Part shown: positions 10,901-25,900 of the stretch, piece after piece
How positions within the stretch are numbered: position 1 is the stretch's first letter
Layout: each line of letters opens with the position of its first letter
Assembly: GCF_028641065.1 (NCBI RefSeq)
Contig: NC_073393.1
Location: 21,576,001 to 21,640,000, forward strand
DNA from: Leucoraja erinacea
Lineage: Eukaryota
DNA length: 64,000 bases
Reading direction: 5' to 3'
Program-made: the position numbers and the translations under genes
Notes under the pieces: generated by a model
What the model was told of the DNA's origin: nothing
Seen by the model: the letters and a program-made list of their open reading frames with translations, nothing else
Database searches by the model: none

Positions 10901-13900
10901 TGTACTCTCTGCATGTTCTTTGTGTTTTTGAATATTTTAAATCAGTGAAGGTAGGGAGGAAGACCCTAGTCTCGTAAATTATTGCAAGTTGTTTGTTAAT
11001 AAACTACGCTAAAAATGATTGCAGCCAACTCTTTCCCAGGCTTAGTAAATCTCTGATGAATTGCTGAGCAAAGCAGAGCAGTTGGAATGAGCCCAAGGGC
11101 TTCCTGAAACATCCTGAGTCATCATCAGCGACGTTTCATCAAAGAAAAAGGGTGACTGACGTTTTGGGAGATGTAGTGTAAACCAGCATCTGCAGTTCCT
11201 TGTTTCTCTGGTATGAATTAGAATGTGTTGTCTTTGGCGGTGAGAATAAACCAAGGCCTTGTTTGTTTCCCAGTGGAAACCTTTGGCCCAACTCATTCAT
11301 GCCAAAAAAGACACAAACTGCTAGGAGTAAATCAATAGGTAAGCAACATTTCTGGAGAGTGTAGATAGGTGACGATTTGGTTGAGTCATGCCAATGAAGA
11401 TGCTTACCCGAGCCAGTCCCATTTGGCTCTGAACCTTTCCTATCCATGAACTTGTTCAAATGTCTTTCAAATATTGTAATTGCACCCTCCTTGTTTTAGA
11501 CTCCCATCCCCTGGGAAAAAGACCGACCAAAACTCGTAAATTTTGCACCAGGGAAACAATCCCATTTTATCTGGTCTCTCAGTGCTTGAGCCCTCCAGTC
11601 CCACACCATCCTTGTTGCTGCATGAAACCACGTGGATTAATCGGTGCATGGTTCAATTCCTAGTCAGACATATGTTAGTTGACTTCAGTTTGGGTAATAT
11701 CCTTGCCTTTGAAATTTTTGATGAGGAAATGTTCCTTTTGCAGCTTCGTGTTGTAAACTCCACGTATTGAACTGGAGAGAATTGGACTTTGCATGTCCTG
11801 ATTCCTGTTCGGGTTATTTGATCTGAACAACAGGCTGCTGCTTGTGGTTCTGGACTAATTGAATAACTTTAAGCTTCGGGCTAATGCTCTTATTTGTTAT
11901 ACTTATGAAGAAAGTTTAAAAACAAGACATTGCAGTGTGCATTAACTTGAAGGACTGCTCTTTATATGGCCTTTCATTCTTGGCAACGATTTGATTTGTT
12001 AATTGATGGGTTGGCTTTGCTTGAATTGCTTCACCTTAACCTGGCTATTGGGAGATGACAGTTCTTGTGTACTTTCTCAAGTCATATGTTTCTGAGCCAG
12101 TTAATGTCTGCAGATTATGTTTCAATTTTTTAATTCTAAAATTATTTCCTGACAACCATTATGCTATTAAACATGACAACACCCAAATAAGCTCCGAACT
12201 CCATATACTTGGGGCACTGTTTTTGTCTTTGCCCTGCTATTTTTTGTTCTTTATAATATTGAACTTTTTGTTGTTTATTGTGGTGTTTACGGAGTCCTAT
12301 ATTTACGTATCTGTTATGCTGCTGCAAGTCAGAATTTCGTGGTTTTGTTTTGGTACATACAATTAAACACTGTTTAGCTTCAACTGGAGTATTGTATTCC
12401 ATGGCAGAAACAGCTTTTTATAATTGAAGTCAGGACCTCGAAGGAACAGGGTTTTCCGGGTCTAGATGATTTAGTCAGGTTGGTTTTTGGAGCAGATTAA
12501 GGAGAAAATTAGAATCTGGGCAAAATCTTAAATTTTTGTTCATGTGAGGAAATCATTAGTAATAAGAGATGTTTAGGTAACTAGAAATTACAGACCAATG
12601 CACGTTGCTGAGGAATAATTGATCTGGAATGCACTGTCTGACATGATGGTGGAGGTTGATTGTGGTGGGGAGCAGGGTGTCGTACTGGTTGGAGGATGGT
12701 GTGAATGAATAGGCCGTAACTGGAAGAGGAAAGACCATTGATTTTATGCACAAGTTTAAATTGTTTTCAAATGCCTCTCTGCAGCCTTAAGGGCCTGTCC
12801 CACTTGGATGTCATTTGGGCATCACGCGGATGGAGCGCAAAGATTTTGTACATCCCAAAATCCTGGGGCGCGTCGTGCGTCGTGACGCGTAAATGATGTT
12901 GCGTAAATTACGTGCAAATGAAGCCCAAGTGGGACAGGCCCTTTAACCCTCCCAATCTCTCACATTTCTGTGATCCACTACTTCTCCAGTTTGCTCTCTT
13001 GCTTATTCCAACATTTCTTGAACTTCAGCAATTAGACTCTGGAAATCTCTGCCTAAATCTGTTTATTGACCCACCCCATCCCATCCTGAAAATTTCAGTT
13101 TTATGGTGTGAAAAGTGTACTGCAGATGTACTACATTTGTAGAGGACATTATGAATTATGATTTATGTTTTGCAGTTCATATAGAGAGTCTGGTCTGAGC
13201 ATTTACTGAATCCTGGCCTTGTTTACTGGTCCCCCGATGACCATTTGACGAGGATAATGTTTTGCATGAAAAGCAATATTGTTGTTTCTTGCCTCGGAGA
13301 CAATTTTTTTTCACTTATGCATGCTGGTCCCTCTTTTTTTTTTTTTTGATTCTTGGAGCTGGTTTCCTGTTAGTGACTATAATCTGCCTTCCTTGAGTTT
13401 CCTCCTGTTTGTTTTGTAATCTCATCCCATGACAGAGTGTGGGGCAGCGTGTGTTTCTGGAGCCTGTGTCGGGCATGCAAATGGTGTGTCTGTGAAACAA
13501 AACCTTGGTGCAGGGAATGTTGACTTGGAAGAGGACACTGACATTGGTTGACTCTTTATCCTTTTGGTGAATTTTGTGGCTCTATCATTGATATCTTAGC
13601 TTTATTTGCTGCTGAGGGGGGAAGACGCCTTTTCTGTAAAATCGCTTCTGTCTTGTCTTGATGACATTAAGTCCTGGTTGGCCCTAAACTTTCTTGGATT
13701 TAATGAAAAGAAGACAGAGGTGATTTTATTTGATCCCAATGGCTGCCGTGAACCTCCATTTGTTGATTTAGGTCCATTGTCAAGGTACGTGAAGCCAACA
13801 GTTGTGAACCTGGGTTTTAGGATGGACAGTGACTTTAAATTAGATCGCCAAATATGCGCGGTGGTTAAGTCCAGCTTCTTTCACCTAAGGAAGCTGGCGA

Positions 13901-16900
13901 AGGTGAAGCCCATTCTCGAGCGGCAGCATTTTGAGACAGTAATCCATGCCTTTATTACATCTAGGCTGGATTACTGTAACGCGCTCTATTTTGGTGTTGC
14001 TCGTTCTTCACTGGCTCGTCTCCAGTTGGTTCAGAATGCTGCTGCTCGCCTTTTAACAGGGTCTCGAAAGAGGGAGCACATATCGCCAATTCTGGCCTCC
14101 CTCCACTGGCTCCCGGTGCACTTTCGAGTTCATTTTAAGATACTCTTATTTGTTTTTAAATCTCTGAATGGGCTCGCCCCGCCTACCTCTCTGAGCTGCT
14201 CCTGGAGGTACCGAGGTCTAGTCGGAGGCTCAGAGGGGATAGAGCCTTCTCTGTTGCTGCTCTGCCACTCTGGAAACCCTGCCGTTGCACATCAGACAGG
14301 CCCCCTCTCTGTCCATCTTCAAATCCAGTGTTAAAACACATTTGTACTCCCTGGCTTTTGACCATGCCTGAGGCTTTGCTTCTGTTTGTGGTGTTTTTGA
14401 TGTTTCTTTGTTTTACATGTCTTTTCCTACTATTTCTTTTGATTGTTATTTTTGGTGTGTATTAACTTTTTTGTCAATGATTAGTGATGTACAGCACTTT
14501 GTTGCAGCTATGTTTGTTTTTAAAGTGCTCTATAAATAAAATTATTATTATTATTTATTATTATTTTTCCAGTCCATTGACAATTTGTTTAGTCATTTTC
14601 CCAGACACCCATAGGATTTCAGAGATTACTGCTGCTGTGGTAGACCAGGGTTTTCTGTCTGGTTTGAAGTCTTGATCTTCAAACTATTGCATCCATGTCT
14701 CCATTTCAAACATTGAGTGTGAAATATTTTGTGGTTTCAGACAAATTGCGTACAGTATGTAACGCAAAGCTACCGATGAGCCCAAAAAAAAGAATGAGAA
14801 TTTGTGGGATGGGGAAGACAGAAAATCACAAACTAGCCAAGTGCTAAAGTTGAATCATTTTGCATTCCAGCACAATGCTATTTTAGCAAAAACAATCACC
14901 CTTGTTCGGTATGGCTTGCAACAGAATGAGCATGGTTATATTGAGTGAGAATAGAAGAGAAAATACAAGCTATCTATCAGATGTTGTTTAGTCTGAGGTT
15001 GCTTCTGATTAGGAGTCCCACTCTCAGAGTCTCCTTGCGAGTGTTGGTCCTACAATCCCTGGTCATTGTTGCCCAGGGTTCAATAAGGGAGTAAATCTTG
15101 TTTCTAAGATGCATTCCCCTCCTATTCTTCCTGTTCTCCAGTAAGAAGATACCACAATGAGAATCCAATCCAAAGCGAGCACACGTCCATCATTCTGTGG
15201 TAACAATACCGTTGGCTGCCACAGTATCACCTCAATTTTCCAGGTGTCTAGCAGCATCGTTATTGGTATTCCTCAGTCGCAAGGATTGCGGAATTGCTTG
15301 CCTGTCAGTTCACTCAAGGACCTTATTCCACAGTGCATCTCATGATTCTCTTCATTTACAGCTTTTTCTGTCTTAAACTTTGGTTCAAGTTATCTCAGTG
15401 ACAACAAACTCTGCTTGCCATTGAGGCCTTAGATTCCATTGGAAATTACATAAAGTGGGTCATTGGCATCTGCTTGTAACTGAAACAACTTTCCAATTAA
15501 CGAGGCCTCCTTGAATCTTAGTAAAATAAGCTAACTTCCCACTTCATTACCTGTGCTTAGTGAAGCTGCGAGAATGTAACAATTGAGGTGTTATGCCTTC
15601 TGTTGCTTTGGTTCACCCTGTGATCAACCAATCTGTTAAGTTTTTAATCAATCTCTTTGCTGATATTATCTCGTAGTCATAGTCATACAGCATGGAAACG
15701 AGCCTTTCAGCCCAGTTTACTCATGCTGACTGAGATGCCCAATCTACTCTAGTCCTACCTGCCTAGGTTGGCCCACATCCCTCTTAATCTTTCCCATCCA
15801 TCTACCTGTCCAAATGTCTTTTAAATGTTGGTAATGTACTTGCCTCACCCACCTCTTCTGGCAGCTCGATCTATATACCCACTACCCTCCGTCTGAAAAG
15901 GTTACATCTCAGTTTCCTGTTAATTTTTGCCCCTCTCACCTTAAACGGTCATTTGGTTCTTGATTTCCCCCACTCTGGGTAAAATACTGTGCATTCACCC
16001 TATCTATTCCCTCATGATATTATGCACCTCTACAAGATCGCCCCATATCCTCCTGTGCTCCAAAGAATAAAGTCGAAGATTGCCCAACCTATCCCTATAG
16101 TTCAGCCTCTCAAGTCATGGCAGTAAACTTGTAAATCTTCTCTGCACTCTTTCCAGCTTAACAGTATCCATCCTAATGCAGGATGATTGTGAAGTGAGAT
16201 ACATTTAACAGCATTAAAGATAGGTTGCTGTTTAATAAACTACAATAATAAATAATGTAATAAATAATAGACTGGCCATAAATAATAGGCTCTGGCCATG
16301 AACCTTGGTGTCTGAAACTGTTCTTTTAATTATTATTTCTCCAGTGCTGGTTTTTGGTCTTTGGTTTTACAAATGCTTGTAGTTTCTCTTCTATTTTTAT
16401 TTAATATAAATGGCTTCATTCTATTGCAAGCTTTTAGATTCCTGATGTGTTTCATTCCCCATGTAGCATGCCTTACCACCGTACCCAACAAGGGTGATTG
16501 TTTTTTTGCTAAAATTGCTTCATGCTGGAATGCCTAATGATTCAACTTTAGTCTATTGCTAGATTTAGATTTTCCGTCTTCCCCTATCCCATAGATTCTC
16601 ATTCTAGATAACAAGCAGACTATCTTCCTATCAAACCTTTTAGATTTTGAACATACCTTGGAGCTATTTGCCAATTCTCAGAGGCATTCAACACTTCACC
16701 TTGAATTTCCCCACTGTGTTTTAAAGGGTTTGGCTATGCATTGACTACTCAATGTATTCGGTAATAGTGACCCAATAATATGGAGGGTTTCCCACTTGCA
16801 TTGTAAATACAGCAGTTAGGGCAAGAATGGCAGCCAAAACAGCATCAGTCTTCAGCCTTGGTTTAAATTGGTGCCAAAGTAGTTTGTCACTTTGCTCCCT

Positions 16901-19900
16901 ATATCACATTAAGGCGCAATAAAGAGGAAGCCCTGTTTTATTGTTGATACCTCGTCTTCACCTCTTTTGTAATTATGTAATATGTTGACTTGTGCTCGAA
17001 TGGTCTTTAATGAGGAACCTAACAAATAAACCGAGTCCATCTTGGGCTCATCACTTCATGCAGTACATCTATACGGTCTGTTACATCAGGAAGGCCGATG
17101 TTATCAAGGATGCCTGCCACGCTGGCAATTCACTTTTCTCTCTTCTTGGAGAAGGTTCAGAAAGATTGAAAAGCTGGATGTCCTGACTTAAGAGCAGCTT
17201 CTTCCCCATTGCTACCAGACTCCTGAACCAAATCACCTTTTTCACTCTCCTTCCCTGAGGTGCTGCCATATACTCTTAACTTTACCTCATTTGGTTATGA
17301 TCACAAGACAGGAGCAGAATTAGGCCATTAAGACCATCGATTCCGCTCTGCCATTGAATCATGGCTGTTCTATTTCTCCCTCGCAACCCCATTCTCCTGC
17401 CTTCTCCCCGTAACTTTTGGCACCCTTATTCCATTAGTGTAGTCTAGTAATTTTTTGCCGTACCATTTTGCTGTTTTGTTCTCATCATTGTATTGTTGTA
17501 TGTACACTGTGAACTTTGTGACAAGGAAGTTCATTGCACCCCTAGTGTGTAATGATAACTTAATCCAAATCTGAATAAGCTTGTTTGTAAACAGAGTTAA
17601 ACAATCTGATGAAATAATCGTTTGTACACCAAGGATTTGAGAGCACTCTCTTGGCAATGTCTGGTCTCTGAATCAGACAATGGCGTCACATTATGTGTTT
17701 TTCGAAATGAATCATTATATGCTACTTCGATTTCAACTAGATTCCTTCATTAGCTCTAACGATTATAATATAATTTTGGCTTAATTTTGTGGTACGCCAG
17801 GGTGTTTGTAGTACAGCGGCATCAAACAGACTTTCTATATCTTGATTAAAATCTATAATGTTCCGTATGGGCCCACCTGCAGTTGTTTGTGTCCAAGTTA
17901 ATGTAATGAGAAAAGATTTCAGTTTAGCAAGAAGTGATATGTATCTGGCAAAATGCTTTGTAAATGCAGCAATGAAAGACCAGTGGTATTCCCTGCATGC
18001 TGCGTAACCAGAGGGGAACAGGAGCAGTGGATCTATTGTGATGAGGCACTGAACTATTTATTTTCTGTTTACGTTGGGTATTTCATGCTGATTTGCATCA
18101 TTCAAGGAAACATTGCTTGCTAATTAAATAATATTCCTGTTGCCATCATTTTGAAATTTGATATAAATGTTACATTGTGTTTATCCTTTATGATACGGAA
18201 TAAGGTCATGAATAATGTTTTAAATTTAATTACCTATTTCAGTCAAACTTTGGTCTCCGTCTGTTATGTGTTATTACCGTGCCGTCATTCAGCGACGACC
18301 TGTGACTACTGTTTTGATTCCTGGGTCCAACTTTTGTCCTTGCTTAGAGATGCAAGGAACTGCAGCTGCTGGAATTTTGAGTGAAGCACAAAATGCCGAA
18401 GTAACTGGGTCAGGCAGCATTTCTGGAAGAAACGGATGTGATGTTTTGATTCGGGACCTTTCTTCAGTCCTTTTGTACATGCTTGATGAGGGTCAAGTAA
18501 TGGGCAGATACCTTACAAATGGGAGGTCTGAAACATTTGACACCTAGACAATTATCCGGCTTTTGGTATTTGGTGTAAAGCACTGATGAAGGACATAGAT
18601 TTTATATCTGTTTCTTGTGCAAGCTTTCATTTGACTGCCTGTTGGTTCCTGATGTAGGCTGGGTGACTTCAGAGTCTAAGGTCCAGAGTTTATTTGTCTG
18701 GGGCACAGCGGCATAGGGTGGCATCAGATAAGGCTATAGCAGAGCTGCCAAGTAGTACGGATTTTCCATATTTTGTACGGAAATGCGATAAGACTAATGA
18801 TGTATGATTTTGTGTTAATTATGGATTTTAAATACGGAGTTCAGTGCAGTCTGAAGAAGGGTGTCGACCAGAAACGTCACCCATTCCTTCTCTTCATAGT
18901 CGCTGCCTGTCCCGCTCCAGGTTTAAACAGAGTGCTGTCAGTTTAACGCGTGGGAATTTAAACCCAGCGCTGTGGTTCTAAATATAGCGATACCGGCTGG
19001 AGCGGTATGGGCTTTAAACATAGCACTATGGCCACAGCGCTATGGCTCACAACTGTTCAGGAAAATTCCCGTATAACAATGAGTTTTTGGAATTCTCTTT
19101 CTCAGTGGAAGTTGAGCCTTTGATTATTTTTCAGGCAGTGGTAGAATTCTGGATAAGCCTAGTGGTGCAAGGTTACCATTGGGATTGCAGTTACATTGGG
19201 ATTTGCCTTGCTTTCACAGAATGGTGGGTGGGCTCAAGGTGGTGAGAGGGAGGGGTGGAGGGAAGGAGAGAGGGAGGGGTGGAGTGAGGGAGAGGATGGG
19301 GAGGGAGGGAATAAGAGAGGGAGGGAGAGAGGAAGGGGAGAAGGAGGGAGAAAGAGGGAACGAGGGTGGGAGAGGGAGGCTTCCAAAATGGCTTCTACAT
19401 CATCATCTGGTGCTAAAAGCAGGAGGCAGATGTTCAAACAGCAGTATACAAAGGGATGGCAATGAATGCACTGTCAAGTAAGGTGCGTAGAAGACATGTC
19501 AATTGGTAGCAAAGTTATGCATTCTTGTACTCTTACATGCGTATGAGCGCACATAAAAAATAACATTTTCAGCAAAATGGCACCGCGTAAAAATATTGAT
19601 ATCCTCAGCAAAATACTGATTTTCAGGTACTAGAATACTGAAATGCTCTGACAAAACTTGGCAGCTCTGCTATAGCGATAGAAGATTCAATACAAGGACA
19701 GACGGGATTCTGTGGAGGCAAACGGGACTCCAGGATGGTGTTGTCTCCCTGATATCAGGGTCTAGAATGTAGCAGCTGTAGAACATTCTCCAGGGGAATC
19801 GGTATCAATGATGTGGGTAGGAAAAGGGATAATGCCTTGTAGAGTGAATATTGGCAGTTAGAAATTTCTGGATTCTCTATGTGCCACAGAAGCAGGAATA

Positions 19901-22900
19901 GAATAGGCTAGATAGTTGTGTGGATGAGGTGCTGGTGCAGAGGAAGATATTATGGGATGTTGTCAAAACCTCCTTGGATGGAGGGGACTATAACTGTCGT
20001 TCATGACAAGTAGGGAAGCAGTAATCATGATGGGACTGAGACCCTTGAGGTTGTTTGGCAGTACATGGGAACTCGTGTGAGATGCTAGACGTCCTCATTT
20101 GGCTCTTCTATGTACGTTATGATTTTCAGGATTTCAGCAAATATTTGGGAGATGTCATCTATTCATAAAAAGTGTAGTCAATGTCCTAAAACCTATGCGG
20201 TTAGTGGGTGCAGGCAAACCTTGCACTGCCAGGGCTGCTAAATCAGATCATATCTAGCATCCTAATGCCTGATGCTAGTAGCTGTCAATGCATAGCACCA
20301 AATCTATTTTAATCTAAAGTCTTGATCTTTTTATATTTGGAATCCTTCACCTTGCTGTGACATTGTTTTATAGTGGCTGCCTAGAGATGCTGTCTAGACA
20401 GCAGCTTAAGCTGTCAGCATAGTTCAAAAGCATCCCAAGGTGTTTCATATTATTCAGGCAGATGGCACAAAAACAGTCTTGGGAGTTTTTGAGTATTCGA
20501 AAGGCAAGGAAAGAGGTGGGAAGTGGGTGAATTCCAGGATGGCTGATGACATTTCCGCCACTAGAAATCAAGCGAGTAATTGGTTATTTTTGAGCCAGTC
20601 ATGTTGTAAGCTTGAAACTAATTGTCTTGGGCATGAGACTTGTTCTATCTTGGACCCTTTTTAAACAGTGATGTGCGATTAGAACTGTGAGTGAGAATGG
20701 TTATCTTGAATGTGTGACAGCCCCTTCAGTAGAAAATGATTCCTGGTTCAAGTATCTTGCCCTCTGGTGAATAGTCAGCTGATGCTTTCTGCCCAGGCTC
20801 AGGCTGCAAATTAAAGTCAACAGCATTTTATGTGTGAAATTCTTTGCCTCAGAGGGCGGTGGAGGCAGGTTCTCTGGATGCTTTCAAGAGAGAGCTAGAC
20901 GGGGCTCTTTAAAAATAGCGGAGTCCGGGGATATGGGGAGAATGCAGGAACGGGGTACTGATTGGGAGATGATCAGCCATGATCACATTGAATGGCGGTG
21001 CTGGCTCGAAGGGCTGAATAGCCTACTCCTGCACCTATTGTCTATTGTCTATTGACATTTTATCCAGAAGCAGAACAATGAAATTCTTAGCCTTGCAGCA
21101 ACAAACCGGACATGCAAACATAGTACTTTGTAAGCATTGTAATAAACAGCAAAAAAAGTTTAGTATATAAGAAACAAACAATAATAGTACAACGATAAAG
21201 TGCTGGAGTAACTCAGCCAGTCAGCTAGCATCTCTGGAGAATATGGATAGGTGATGTTTTGGGTCGAGGCCCTTCTTCAGATTGATTCAGCCTCTCCTTC
21301 AGGTCAATTCGTCTAAATAAGGATCCTGACCCAAAATGTTCCTCAGAGATGCTACCTGACCCACAGAGTTACTCTAGTACTTTGTAAACCAGCGTCTGGA
21401 GTTGCTTGTTTCGACATTGGGCTGCAAATTATCATATTGCCTCTCGCTTTCTGCTCTAACTTGTGTCAAATTCTTCAGACGTGTGAAGCAATACTCCAGA
21501 TGACACGGGTTCCATCTGTTAGTTTACAACCTTGAGCCTGGGCGGATCCTTATTTTGCATTTCTCTTGCTGATTTAATTCAGAAAATTGTAATTTATGCT
21601 TACTGTGTCAATTATATTAATCAATTTGTGGATCTCTGCAGCGTATTAAGTTTATTTTCTGCAACTCAGCAACTTTTCTCTAACATTCCGGATTCCATTA
21701 GTAAGATTTTGGCAACTCCCATGTCCAACCATTTACTTTTACTTCTTCTTTGCCTGTCAGTAACCTTATTGGAGGTGTAACCCACAATTTGTGATGAAAT
21801 TTGAACAATGAATATGTTTATGTACTCTCTCTTCAGCACCCAGAGCATACTACACACTAGTCTAAAAGCAGTGTTTCTTTGGCTGTTTGTTCTTGGACAT
21901 TATTAGAAATAGGCCTTTTTTCCCCTTAAAATATATTTTCCCACCATTGTTGGATGCCCTGGAATTTCCAGGAGTTAGATATTAAGCTATTAAACAAACA
22001 CAGGAGAAAATTTCCATAGATATGAATGTTATGAGATCTAATAGTTGTTACAGTATTGGGCTTGGCAGGCGAGTGATTGTATTCTCTTCTGTTCAGGCTA
22101 AATACACAGTGTAACAGCTGTGCAATAGAAATGGACTTGGGCACAGTTTGTGCTATGTGGAATTTACCTGCTTGGTGTGTCAGAGAATTTGCCAAAGGGC
22201 AGCACAGGATATTTGTAGCAGCTCCCTATTGATCGCTGGTGCAGTACACATCTCAACAAGGTGTCTGGGGTATTCTAGGGCTGAAAAGCCTGACTTTGCT
22301 GCCGGAGACTATGAAGCATCAAATTGGTGGATGTTCTTTATCATTATTGAAATTTGCCATGCATGTAAGTCAACAAGCATAATCCTTGTACTAGAAGTCA
22401 AGGTAAATCAGACCCACATCAGTACAAGACAAACATTCATATGAATAAAATTGAAGAACACTTGTACACCCCTTAACAAATTAAACAGGACTAGCATAAA
22501 TTCTACTTAATACAATTTTTTTGGTGACCAGGCTTGCTTTTGTATTAATTATGTTTTTGGGAGTGGCCAGGTAGCTTTGACATGATCTTGTTAATGTTAA
22601 TTTATCTGCCCCATAACTGTCAAAGAATACCAATTTAAGTTTTTCAACCTGTGTGTTCACTGGGAAGTAAGTCGTAGACTCGTAGAAGAAGAAAGACAGA
22701 GCATTGTACCGTTGTCTATCTATTTCTGCAATAACAATCCGCTCTATTCACTAGATTAATCCAAAAGAATCCGTGACTAATTCCAGCTATTTCTCTCTCC
22801 ACAGATCACACGCGCTGTAATGTATGGATTCTGGATGGCGAGCTGTACCATAAGGGCCTCCTCAAGTTTGCAGTGTCTGGGGATAACTTAAAGAACACTC

Positions 22901-25900
22901 TGGCTGTCTTTGTGGCAGACATGGCCAGACCTTGGACTATCATGGATTCATTACAGAAATGGGCGAGCGTTTTGCGTGAGCATGTCGACAAGCTGAAGAT
23001 CCCACCTGAAGAAATGAGGATAATGGAACAGAGATGTGAGTATGGGATCAGAGTCATAAATGTAGAAGGAGTAATGCTGTACATAGTTTCTGCTCCATCT
23101 TTGGAATGTATAGAATACAGCGGATAGAATGATAGTGCCAGACTGTTCTTATAAGGCGTCATGAGTTTGGTCAGCAGGTATAGTGCAAATGGTGCTGATG
23201 TTAGAATAGTTCTACCGAAATGTAGATGCAAGAAACTGCAGATGCTGGTTTACAAAAATAGTCACAGCGCTGGGCCAGGCAGCATCTCCTGAGTACATGG
23301 ACAGGCATCGTTTCGGTGCTGAAGAAGGGCCCTGATCCAAAACGTCAGCAATCCAAATTCTCCGGTGAGAGACAAAAAAAAGCTAGAATAGCTCAGCGGG
23401 TCGGGGAGCATCTCTGAAGGAAAGGAATAGGTGACGTTTCGGGTCGAGACCCTTCAGGTTGAGAGTCAGTGGAAAGGGAAACAAGAGATATAGAAGGTAA
23501 ATAGAACAAATGAATGAAAGATATGCATGAAGCAACAATGATCAAGTAAAGGTGGAGCCTACAATAGTCAATTGTTGGTTGTGGGGTAGGTATTAACGAG
23601 TTAGACAGGTAGTGAAACTCAATAGGACGACGGTGAATCTAGTACAACGTGGGGGAGGGACAGAGAGAGAGAGAGAGAGAGGGGGTGGATGCAAAGGTTA
23701 GTTTAGTTTAGAGATACAGCACGGAAATAGGCCCTTTGGTCCACCAAGTCTATGCCGACCAGCGATCCCCTCACATTAATACTATCCTACACACACTAAG
23801 GGCAATTTTACACTTATAACAAGCCAATTAATCTACAAACCTTAGTCTTTGGAGTGTGGGATAAACCGAAGATATCGGAGAAAACCCACGCGGTCACTGG
23901 GAGAACGTACAAACTGCATCGACAGCACCCGAAGTCGGGATCGAAATCGGGTCTCAAGCGCTGTAAGGTAGCAACTCTACTGCTGTTCCACTGTGCAATT
24001 AGAGAAATCAATATTCGTAATGCTAGGTTGTAAGCTGCCCATGCAAAATGTGAGGTGCTGTTGGTGATGCTGCCTGACCTACTGAGTTACTACGGCACTT
24101 TGTGTCGTTTTTTTAACATAGTATGATGCACTGCGCATCTACTGCTTACAGTGCTCTTCAGACTCTGATATTGGTGATTTAGCTACCGTTTGATTATTTT
24201 GTACATCTGGGTTTGTTGGATTTTGATTATAAAGTCCAACTTTGTTTAGGCAACAAAATGAGTATTGTTGCAATTCTGGTTGCTGCATCACAGGATAGGT
24301 CAGATGTTCACTGATGCTAGACACAATGCTGGAGTAACTCAGCGGGACAGGCAGCATCTCAGGAGAAAAGGAATGGGTAACGTTTCGGGACGAGACCCTT
24401 CTTCAGATTGTTGTAAGGGGAATGGGCGGTACATAGATAAGGAAGTGTATAGATAACAAAAAGTATGGTGTGTAAACGGGAAAAAGGGAATGGAGATCAG
24501 GGAAAATGTAGAATAGATCATTGTTGGTTGGGAGAAAGTAACAACAAAGTAAATAGAAAATGTATTCAGGGACAGAAAGACTGGTCCGAGAACTGGGAAG
24601 AGGGTGGGGATGGAGAGAGAAGGAAAGCAAGGATTACTTGAAGTTAGAGAAGTCAACGTTCATACCGCTGGGATGTAAGCTACCCAAGCGAAATATGAGG
24701 CGCTGTTCCTCCAATTTGTGTTGGGCCTCACACTGACATTGGAGGAGGTCCTGGCCAGAAAGGTCAGTGTGGGAATGGGAGGGGGGGGATTAAGGTGTTG
24801 GGCAACCAGGAGATCAGATACCTTGTTTTCTCTTGAGCATCAGAGGCTGAGGGGCGACTGACAGAAGTATATAAAATTGTTCGAAGCATAGATAGGTGGG
24901 CAGTCAGTCTTTTTCAAGAGGGTGGAAATGTCAAAGACTAGAGGGTACACGATTAAGGTGGGATATGGAAGTTTTATGGAATTTTAGATTACGTTTTTTA
25001 AGTTGGGTGCCAGGAATGATCTACCGGGGGAGGTGAGTCCAATTCTGTAGAGCATTGGAAAAGATGAAAATACATATTTTGTGGACTGCAAGATTTCCTT
25101 TGTTCGTATGCTACTCAAGAAGAGATTTAATGAGTGAATCATGAGTGTGTATGGAATCTGGCAGCTGAGAACAATCTTGACTGTTACCTGTATATCTGTT
25201 TATGACCCAAGGCAATGTGCATCAGAAAATAACAATTTCCCCCTGCTTGCCTTCTCTGCCCCAGAAGAGTGGGGGATTGGTTTGACAGTGCCTACCTTTT
25301 TAGATAGGAGGTTTACAGTGTAAATGGTATGGTTTATTTAATAGTTTTAAAGATAGATTTATTCACAATGTTACATGTTTGCTGTGTGATACAGCATTGT
25401 GCTTGTAGAGTTGGAACTTTATTGTGGTCAGGGTGGTGTTCGCCTGATGGTATTTAACTAGCTATCCAGAGGTGGTGAATTCAGATGGCATATTATGAAG
25501 GGCAAATTATGAAGTTGAATTTGCTTATAAAGTACAGGCTAAGCCCCACCGGGTATGAAACACAGACTGTAGTTCACATAAGGATGGGAATTCTAACAAC
25601 CATAGATTAACTAAAAATAATAAAACTGTTTTCTCATCTCTCTTGACTTGCTATTTGTGGTTGGCTTCTTGGTAATCACAGAGGCAGACTTCTAGGATAT
25701 GCGTTATAGATTGTGAGAAAATGTTTCCAATGTTAGAGGAGTCAAGAACTCTAAGGGGAAGGGTGAAATAAAGGTAATTGAGCACAAACCAAGGAAGAGC
25801 ATTTTTACACAGTCGATGGTTGGGGTTTGGAATAAAACTCCAGAGTTGGTGGAGCCAAATTCAATCATGGCATGCAGTAAGGAACTGAATATCTGAATAA

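Noticed and set aside
13606-14334. 242-aa ORF as a nested host gene
   Set aside because: Truncated L2 reverse-transcriptase C-terminus with a non-ATG start, a frameshift/deletion and a LINE tail.
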